Shown piece by piece: positions 1 to 7,400 of a stretch of DNA of 16,227 bases. Made by a program: the position numbers and the translations under genes. A model generated the notes under the pieces. The model was given only the letters and a program-made list of their open reading frames with translations. It had not been told where the DNA came from and did not search any database. Position 1 is the stretch's first letter; each line of letters starts with the position of its first letter. This DNA is from Chthoniobacteraceae bacterium (GTDB taxonomy: Bacteria; Verrucomicrobiota; Verrucomicrobiia; Chthoniobacterales; Chthoniobacteraceae). The DNA is taken from the NCBI GenBank assembly GCA_040081625.1, contig JBEBGD010000119.1, forward strand, positions 1 to 16,227. Direction: 5' to 3'.

Positions 1-8
1 ATCCGAAG

Positions 9-2465
9 ATGAGCCGAAAAGCCCAAGCCGCCTACGACGAGGCGCTGCGGCTGATCGAGGAGTGCCGGCGGGGGAAAGGCCCGGGGCTGACCCTCAGGAG
101 CCTCGGCCTCACCGCGCTGCCGCCGGAGATCGGCCAGCTCACGGCGCTGACGGCGCTTTACCTCAACGACAACCAGCTCACGGCGCTGCCTGCGGAGATC
201 GGCCAGCTCACGTCGCTGACGGAGCTCGACCTCGACAACAACCAGCTCACGGCGCTGCATGCGGAGATCGGCCAGCTCACGGCGCTGACGCATCTTTTCC
301 TCCACAACAACCAGCTCACGGCGCTGCCTGCGGAGATCGGCCAGCTCACGGCGCTGAGGGAGCTTTACCTCCACGGGAATCCCGGCCTCGGCCTGCCGCC
401 GGAGGTGGTGGGGCCGACGTGGCGCGAGACGTCTTCCGACAATCCGCCCGCGAAGCCTGCGGCGATCCTGGACCACTACTTCTCCCGGCAGGCGGAAGGC
501 GCGCGGGCGCTGAACGAGGTGAAGCTGCTGCTGGTGGGGCGCGGCGGCGCGGGCAAGACGAGCATCGTCGAGCGGCTGCTGCGCGGGACGTTCGACCCGA
601 AGCAGGAATCGACCACGGGCATCGCGCTGCAAGACTGGCCGCTGCCGGTCGCGGGCGGGGAGACGGTGACGGCGCATGTGTGGGACTTCGCCGGGCAGGT
701 GATCGCGCACGCCACGCACCAGTTCTTTTTCAGCTCGCGCAGCGTGTATGTGCTGGTGCTCACGGGGCGCGAGGATGCGCAGCTCGCCGATGCGGAATAC
801 TGGCTGCGGCTGATCCGCGCCTTTGGCACGCACACGGACGGGACGACGGAGCAGCCGGTGACTTCGCGGGTGGTGGTGGCGCTGAACAAGTGGGACGAGG
901 CGCCCGTGCGGCTGGATCGCGAGGCGCTGCGGGAGAAGTATCCTTTCATCGCCGGCTTCGTGGAGACGGACTGCCGGAGCGGCCTCGGCCTCGACGAGCT
1001 GAAGGCGAAGCTGGCGGAGATCATCGGCGCCGACGAGGGCGTGCGCGCGAAAGTGGGCGCGGAGTTTTCCGCGGTGAAGGACGAGCTGCGCAAGCGCTGG
1101 AAGCACGGGGCGGTGAACCACATGGACTACGGGGAGTTTGCGGCGGTGTGCGTGGCGAACGGGGTGGACTCGCCGGAGCGGCAGAAGGGCTTTGCGGAGA
1201 TGCTGCACCGGCTCGGGCTGGCGCTGAACTACGGCGACGATCCGCGCATCCGCGACACGACGGTGCTGAACCCGCACTGGGTGACCGATGGCATCTACGA
1301 GCTGCTGCGCCACGCGCCGAACGCGCGCGCGGAGCTGACGCTGCAATCGGCCTGCGCCCGTCTGCCGAAGGAGGAGGCGAAGCGGGTGATGTTCCTGATC
1401 CGGCTGATGCAGAAATACGACCTGGCCTTCCCCCTGCGCGAAGACGAGGAGACGTGGCTGGTGCCGCAGGCGCTGGCGGCTTCGCAGCCGGTGCTGGAGC
1501 CGGAGTGGCACGGCGAAGCGACGCGGCTGCGCTGGACCTACGTGGCGCTGCCGGAAGGGCTGGTGCCGAGATTCATCACGCGCACGCACACGCTCAGCGA
1601 GGGCCAGCCGCGCTGGCTGAACGGGGCCATCCTCGTGCTCGGCGAGGCCCGCGCCGTGGTGCGTGCGGATGCGTCGGACCGGCGGATCAGCGCGACGGTG
1701 CTCGGCCCCGAGCCCGCGCGGCAGCAGCTCGCGGGGACGATCCAGGCGGAGATGCGCGCGCTGAATGGGGAGATCAAAGGCCTCGACCCGCGCGAGGAGC
1801 TGCAGATGCAGCGCGACCCGGAGGTGTGGCTGCCCGTGCCCGGTCTCGAAAAGGCCGAGCAGAAAGGCAGGCCGGAGATGGACGTGCTGACGCCGAACGG
1901 CCCGGTGGAAGTGAACGCGACGGAGGAGAACAACCGGCTGACCGCCGAGGATGCGCGCACCGAGGCGTGGAAGCCGCGCGTCTTCCTCAGCTACTCGCAC
2001 CACGACGACGCGGCGAAGGACAAGCTGGTGCTGAAGCTCAAGGTGCTGAAGGCCGCGGGACTGGTGGACTGGTGGGTGGACTGCGACATCTCCGCCGGTG
2101 CGCCGTGGAAGCAGAACATCCTCGGCGAGCTGGAGCGGATGGATGTCTTCGTGCTGCTGGTGAGCGACCACGCGCTGGCGTCGGATTTCATCCAGACGGT
2201 GGAAGTGAAGCGAGCGCTGGAGCGGCACGCGGAGGGCAAGGTGGAACTGGTGCCGGTGATCCTGGGCCGCTGCCTATGGAAGGCGTGCGGAACGCTGACG
2301 GAGTTTCAGGCGCTGCCCAAAGGCGCGAAACCGATCAAGGATCACAAGCCGCACGCGCACGGCTGGCACGATGTGGCCGACGGGCTGATGGCGCTTTTCC
2401 AGAAGCTGAAGAAAGCGCACGCCGGCGAAAGCCGCAGCCGCGACGATGAGCGCGGGATGCGGTAG
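9..2465 (+). CDS. Roco-family protein: LRR - Roc GTPase - COR - C-terminal TIR domain (818 aa)
   Basis: Four 23-aa LRRs (LTALPAEIGQLTxLxxLxLxxNQ). Roc motifs: P-loop GRGGAGKTS (aa177-185), switch I ESTTGI, WDFAGQ, HATHQFF, NKWD. COR-like LHRLGLALNY..VLNPHWVTDGIY and LPEGLVPRFITR. TIR-like tail from about nt 1977 (RVFLSYSHHD..WWVDCDISAGAPWKQNI..FVLLVSDHALASDFIQTVEV..LVPVIL). The start is only 8 nt from the window edge, so upstream context is unseen. Confidence 0.93.
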   Translation: MSRKAQAAYDEALRLIEECRRGKGPGLTLRSLGLTALPPEIGQLTALTALYLNDNQLTALPAEIGQLTSLTELDLDNNQLTALHAEIGQLTALTHLFLHNNQLTALPAEIGQLTALRELYLHGNPGLGLPPEVVGPTWRETSSDNPPAKPAAILDHYFSRQAEGARALNEVKLLLVGRGGAGKTSIVERLLRGTFDPKQESTTGIALQDWPLPVAGGETVTAHVWDFAGQVIAHATHQFFFSSRSVYVLVLTGREDAQLADAEYWLRLIRAFGTHTDGTTEQPVTSRVVVALNKWDEAPVRLDREALREKYPFIAGFVETDCRSGLGLDELKAKLAEIIGADEGVRAKVGAEFSAVKDELRKRWKHGAVNHMDYGEFAAVCVANGVDSPERQKGFAEMLHRLGLALNYGDDPRIRDTTVLNPHWVTDGIYELLRHAPNARAELTLQSACARLPKEEAKRVMFLIRLMQKYDLAFPLREDEETWLVPQALAASQPVLEPEWHGEATRLRWTYVALPEGLVPRFITRTHTLSEGQPRWLNGAILVLGEARAVVRADASDRRISATVLGPEPARQQLAGTIQAEMRALNGEIKGLDPREELQMQRDPEVWLPVPGLEKAEQKGRPEMDVLTPNGPVEVNATEENNRLTAEDARTEAWKPRVFLSYSHHDDAAKDKLVLKLKVLKAAGLVDWWVDCDISAGAPWKQNILGELERMDVFVLLVSDHALASDFIQTVEVKRALERHAEGKVELVPVILGRCLWKACGTLTEFQALPKGAKPIKDHKPHAHGWHDVADGLMALFQKLKKAHAGESRSRDDERGMR
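108..383 (+). repeat. Tandem array of four 69-nt LRR-coding units
   Basis: Units begin at 108, 177, 246 and 315. The 42-nt block AACCAGCTCACGGCGCTGCCTGCGGAGATCGGCCAGCTCACG is identical at 171-212 and 309-350 and has one mismatch at 240-281. Confidence 0.95.
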
Positions 2466-2522
2466 GGGAAGCGGGATTTGCCATCGCCACGATGAGGGTG
2501 AACGGCTAGACGAGCAGCAGCC

Positions 2523-3530
2523 ATGAGCTTCATCGCCGAGATCACGCTGGAAAACTACCGGTCGTTCCGCCGGGCGCATTGCCGCCTCGCGCCGTTCACG
2601 CTCATCGTCGGCGCGAATAACGCGGGGAAATCGAATCTGCTGCGGGCGGTGCGGGATGTGGGAGTCAGCGATGCGTATCCCGGCAGCCTGAATTCGGCCC
2701 GGCACCAATGCAGCGGGAAGGAGGACGTGAAGATCGTGCTGCGTGGCGGTGATGGCGGCGAACTGGCGGTGAATGAGCATCACGACGGCGGCGGCGGAAG
2801 GAGCGGCGCGCTAAACCGGCTGGCGAAAAACCCTGGCGCCGGAGTGCCTGTGATTTACCGACTGGACCCAGCCGTGATCGGCGGAGCGGAGAAGCGCACG
2901 AAGCAGCCGTTCATCGCGCCGAACGGTGAGGGAGTGTCGGCGGTCCTCGACAAATTGAACGCCGGGCACCAACCGGTGCGGAAGCGGTATTCGGATATCA
3001 TCGCGGCGCTGTGCCGCTGCGTGCCGGAGATCGAGCACGTGAGCTTTTTCGACGTGGATGAAGACAAGCGCGCAATTCAGGTGGAGCAGGCGGGCCTCTC
3101 GCAGCCGTGTCCGCTGAGCGAAGTCTCGGACGGCACGCGGCTGATCCTCGCCATCCTCACGCTCGTGAACATGGAAAACCCGCCGCCCGTGCTGCTGCTG
3201 GAGGACATCGACCGTGGCCTGCACCCGCGGCTTTACGAGCAGTTGGTGGAATTCCTCCGCGGGATCGCGAAGCACGGCCACACGCAAATCCTCGCCACGA
3301 CGCACGACCCGTATCTGATCGACGAATTCCGCGAGACCCCCGAAGCGGTGGTGATCGTCGAGAAGAAGGACGGGGCGAGCACGCTGGCGAATCTCGATGA
3401 GCATCTCAGCCGCCTGCGCACGCACGGTGCCGATCTGGACATGCCGCTGGGGCAACTCTGGTTTAGCGGGATGGTCGGCGGCGTGCCGGGGGCGCGTCTG
3501 CCGGAAATCCTCAAGGTGGCTGAGGAGTGA
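2523..3530 (+). CDS. AAA_21/AAA_15-like ABC-family ATPase (OLD/AriA/RloA-like), soluble, 335 aa
   Basis: N-terminal ITLENYRSF, Walker A GANNAGKS (aa30-37), degenerate signature VSDG, Walker B/D-loop LLLLEDIDRGLHP, H-switch ATTHDP, C-terminal LGQLWFSGMVGGVP. No transmembrane segment or permease partner. Confidence 0.9.
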   Translation: MSFIAEITLENYRSFRRAHCRLAPFTLIVGANNAGKSNLLRAVRDVGVSDAYPGSLNSARHQCSGKEDVKIVLRGGDGGELAVNEHHDGGGGRSGALNRLAKNPGAGVPVIYRLDPAVIGGAEKRTKQPFIAPNGEGVSAVLDKLNAGHQPVRKRYSDIIAALCRCVPEIEHVSFFDVDEDKRAIQVEQAGLSQPCPLSEVSDGTRLILAILTLVNMENPPPVLLLEDIDRGLHPRLYEQLVEFLRGIAKHGHTQILATTHDPYLIDEFRETPEAVVIVEKKDGASTLANLDEHLSRLRTHGADLDMPLGQLWFSGMVGGVPGARLPEILKVAEE

Positions 3531-4240
3531 GTCTGCTCTTCCTCGCGGGAGAAAGCGACGCGGACGAGGAGTTCTACGCGTCGTGTGCCGAAAAAATCAC
3601 GAGCCGCGCCTTTCAACGCATCCCACTTCGGAATCGAAAAGGGTCCGGAGTGGAGTCGGTGCGAAAGCAGATGCGAAATGGGTTGAAGATGGCGAGGGCC
3701 GCGGCCCACGGGCAGGAGTCGGTGGCCTTCATCGCCGCGATGGACAACGACCGGGCGCCACATCCGGAGAATGAGGCACGTCCACCGGTCGGCACCGGAT
3801 TGGATCGCGCGCTCCTCGTCGGGCATGAGGCCGATTCGCCCGAGCGCCTCGGATGGATGCAGGCTGTCGTCGAGGAGGTGCTCACGTCCGATCGGAGCAA
3901 GTGGCCATTGGATGTGGCACTCGCGCTCCCGGTCGAGATGATCGAGTCGTGGATCGTCCGGGTATTGTGCGATGCGTGTCCGCAGCCGATGCCGCATTTT
4001 TCCCGATCGGACAGTCAGGGAGTGCGCGAATACTACGCACAATCCGTGGGTGGGTGTCCGCCGCAGTGGAAGGATCTCGCCGAAGCCGAGCACGCCGCTC
4101 TCGAGCATCGGGAAGACCGGCGATTCACGAAGCGGGAGTTCTACGAATACGTCATGAGCCGTCTGGACGCTGACGCTCTCGCCAAGCGATCGCTCAGCTT
4201 TCGAATGTTCAAGGAGTGGCTGGAGCATTGGACGACATGA
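3527..4240 (+). CDS. Putative TOPRIM-fold nuclease-like protein (DUF4276-like), partner of the upstream ATPase, 237 aa
   Basis: GTG start overlaps the ATPase TGA (GTGA 3527-3530). Hydrophobic strand followed by E9 (LLFLAGESDAD), strand followed by DxD (FIAAMDND, D73/D75), VEMIESW (E137/E140/W142), and C-terminal LAKRSLSFRMF. ORF is clear; the fold is inferred from motifs. Confidence 0.7.
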   Translation: MSLLFLAGESDADEEFYASCAEKITSRAFQRIPLRNRKGSGVESVRKQMRNGLKMARAAAHGQESVAFIAAMDNDRAPHPENEARPPVGTGLDRALLVGHEADSPERLGWMQAVVEEVLTSDRSKWPLDVALALPVEMIESWIVRVLCDACPQPMPHFSRSDSQGVREYYAQSVGGCPPQWKDLAEAEHAALEHREDRRFTKREFYEYVMSRLDADALAKRSLSFRMFKEWLEHWTT

Positions 4241-4357
4241 CCTCCGCGGTTGGAGCGTCGCCTAGACTGCGAACAGGGAAGCCGAGCGCACCGTGATGGA
4301 CATCGACGCCAGCGGGGGGGGGCGAAGTTTTACCACGTAGAGATCGCCAAGCCGTAG
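4239..4357 (+). pseudogene. Possible relic 3' end of a secreted Verrucomicrobia-type protein gene
   Basis: Reads DLRGWSVA*TANREAERTVMDIDASGG from 4239, then after a frameshift in the G9 tract (4314-4322) AKFYHVEIAKP* (stop 4355-4357). Resembles the 'S/TDLxxW...TD...FYxV' C-terminal pattern I recall from Verrucomicrobia extracellular proteins. Confidence 0.4.
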
Positions 4358-4435
4358 CGGGCTGGGCCGGGTCCGGCGCCTAAGATTGGCGGTTTGGGTG
4401 GGTGGAATTGGCCGAATCGCCTGCTACTTATTACC

Positions 4436-7400
4436 ATGCCAAAATCCCGGCTCCGCCTTCCCGCCTCCGTCCTGCTCCTGTCGCTCGCCGCTCCCGCGTT
4501 TGCGGAGGACAAGATCACCTACGTTGATCACGTCCTGCCGATCTTCCGCAACTCGTGCAACAACTGCCACAACCCGGACAAGAAGAAGGCCGGGCTTGAC
4601 CTGACCACATATGCCGCCGCGATGGCGGGCAGCGAGAATGGGCCGGTCGTCGTGCCGGGGAAGGCGGATGGTTCGCTGATGTTCAAGGTCTGCTCGGGGA
4701 AAGAGGAGCCGAAGATGCCGCCGAAGGGCGATCAACTCACCGACGCAGAGCTGGCCACGCTCAAAAGCTGGATCGCCGGCTTTGCGCTCGAATCGGCGAC
4801 CAGCAAACCCGCCGCGGTGCAAAACCAAGTCACGCTCGCGGCTGTCTCGCTCACGAAGCCGGACGGCCCGCCGCCGATGCCGGGCGATCTTCCGCTCGAG
4901 CCGTTCGTGCGGCTGAAGAAGAACACGGCGGTGACGGCGATGGCGGTGAGCCCGTGGGCGCCGCTCGTGGCGATCGGCGGGCAGAAGCAGGTCACGCTTT
5001 ATAATACGGAAACGCTCCAGCCGGTCGGTGTGCTGCCGTTCCCGGAAGGTTTTCCGCAGGTCATCCGCTTCAGCCGCAATGGGCAACTGCTCATGATCGG
5101 CGGCGGGCTCGGCGGCAAGTCGGGCAAGGTCACGCTTTGGAATGTGCTCACCGGCCAGCGCGTCGGCAGTGTCGGCGATGAGGTCGATCAAGTGCTCGCG
5201 GCGGACGTGAGCCCGGATCACGGCTTCGTCGCCCTCGGCGGGCCGGCGAAGGTGCTCAAGATTTTCTCCACCAAGGACGGCAAGCTACTTCACACCCTCA
5301 AGCGGCACACCGAGTGGGTGACCGCGGTCGCGTTTTCACCCGATGGCCGATTCCTCGCGAGCGCCGACCGCAACGGCGGGATCATGATTTGGGAAGGCAC
5401 GACCGGGAAGGAATACAACTCGCTGCCCGGTCACAAGCAGGCCGTCACCGCACTGGCCTTCATGCCCGGCGTGCTCGCGAGCGCGAGCAGTGAGGGGAAG
5501 GTGACGCTCTGGGACGTGAAGGAGGCGAAGGAAATCCGCTCGTGGAATCCACACAACGGCGGCGTCGAGTGGATCGACTTCACGCCCGATGGCCGCCTCG
5601 TCTCGTGCGGGCGCGACAAGGTCGCGAAGATCTGGGACCAGACCGGCAAGCAGCTCGGCGGAAGCCCTGCGCTCACCGACATCGCGATTCGCGCAGGCTT
5701 GAGCAACGACCGCATCATCACCGCCGACTGGACCGGAAAAGTGCAGGTCTCCAAACTGGACGGCGCCCCGGTCGGTGAACTCGCCGCGAATCCCGTGCCG
5801 ATCGCCGAGCAGCTCGGCACCGCGGAGAAACGGCTCGCCGACGCGAAGGCCGCCGTGCCGCCCGCGCAACAGGCTCTCGCCGCCGCCGATCAAAAGGTGA
5901 AGGCCGAGAAGGAAGCCGCCGAGGCGAAGCGCAAGGCCGATCTCGCCGCCGCGCAGAAAGTGCAGGACGATTCGCAGAAGGCGCTGGAAGCCGCGAAGGC
6001 GCAGGTGCCCGCGCTCGAGAAGCGCGTGGCCGATGCGCGCGCCGCGCGCGATGGATCGAAGACCGCGCTCGAGACTGCGAAGCAGGCCGAACAGGCGGCA
6101 AAGAAAATCGCCGCCGAAAAGAAAGCCGCCAACGCGGCGGACCTCGCCGCTGCGGAGCAGGACGCCGCGGCGAAAACCGCGGCCTTACCCGAAGCGACGA
6201 AGAAGGTCGAAGCGGATAACGTGAGTCTTCGCGCCGTCGAGGCCGAGCTGGGCAAGGCGAAGAACGAGGCGCCGAAGGCTGTGGCGAATTTTGAAAAGGC
6301 GATCGGCGAGGCGAAGAAGCGCGTCGCCGAGCTGAGCCAGCCGCCGGGGCCGAAAGTCGATGAAGCAATGCTGGCGGCTGCGCGGAAGAAACTCGACGGC
6401 TTGAACGCTGAGGCGACCAAGCGCCGCGACGCTCGCGGGAAGACCAAGGAAGGTTCGCCGGAATACAAAAAGGCTGACGAACTCGTGCAGGGCATCAAGC
6501 CCGAACTCGCCAAGGCCGAGCAGGAACTCGCCGAGGCGAAGAAGCCGCGCGTCAGCGTAACTGCCGCCGAGCAGGATCTAGCGAAGGCGAAAGCCGCGCT
6601 CGACCAGTCGAACGCCGCAGTCGCCGCGGCGGCGCCTCTCGCGGAACATTGGCGGCGCGCGCAGGCCTTCATGGGCGTGCATCGCGCCGAGAGCAGCTAC
6701 GCGGAACTGAAGACGAAGCACGAGGGATTGATCGCGGCAGCGAAGGACGCCTTCCGCAATGTCGAGCAGGTCCGCGCGGAGATCGCCACGCTCGAGAAGG
6801 CGGCTGTCGAGGCACCGGCGAAGATCGCAAAGGCGGAAGCCGACGCCGCCGGGACCACGAAGGTGCTCGCGGACGCCGACAAGGCGAACACCGCAGCCAC
6901 CGCAGCGATGAAGGAGAAGGAAGCGGCGGCAGCGGTCGATCCGAAGGCTGTCGAGGGTGAGATCGCCGCCGCGCAGAAAAAGCTCGATGGCTTGAACGCC
7001 GAGATCGCCAAGCGCCGCGAGGCACGTGCGAAAACTCAGGAAGGCACGCCGGAATATGCGAAGGCCGACGGGCCGGTGCAGGGCATCAAGCCCGACATCG
7101 AGAAGGCGGAGAAGGAAGTCGCGGCGTCGAAAGCGAAGCTCGCGGACGCGCAGTCCAAACGTGCCGCGCTGACTGCGGCGCAAGAAGCGCAGAAGAAATC
7201 AACGGAGGCGGAAAGCGCGGCCCATGACAAGAACCTCGCCGCGCAGCGAACGCTCGCGAAATTGAAGCAGACGGCCGAGGCCGGGACCAAGCAGCTCGCG
7301 GAGCTAAAGGCGAGGGAACCGAAAATGGCGCAGGACGCCGCAGTGGCCAAGACGAAGGCCGAGCAGGAGGCCGGGGCGATCGTCAAGCTACTCGACCAAG

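Noticed and set aside
108..383. CRISPR-like pattern (42-nt constant block alternating with 27-nt variable segments)
   Set aside because: The period is exactly 23 codons in frame in a CDS, the 'spacers' are homologous to each other (xLxxLxLxx), and there are no cas genes or leader in the window.
62..2449. 795-aa alternative-frame ORF overlapping the Roco gene
   Set aside because: Arg/Gly/Ala-rich shadow translation. Stops in this frame need T at third codon positions of the real gene, which are rare at such high GC3. No motifs.
2523..3530. ABC transporter ATP-binding subunit
   Set aside because: No LSGGQ signature, no permease or binding-protein neighbours, and the N-terminus is of the SMC/RecF/OLD type.
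3233..4228. 331-aa minus-strand ORF
   Set aside because: Antisense to two motif-bearing, coupled genes; no recognisable domain.
9..4240. Diversity-generating retroelement or retron as source of LRR variation or partner of the ATPase/TOPRIM pair
   Set aside because: No reverse transcriptase, template/variable repeat pair or msr-msd structure seen in the window. Sequence upstream of position 1 cannot be assessed.
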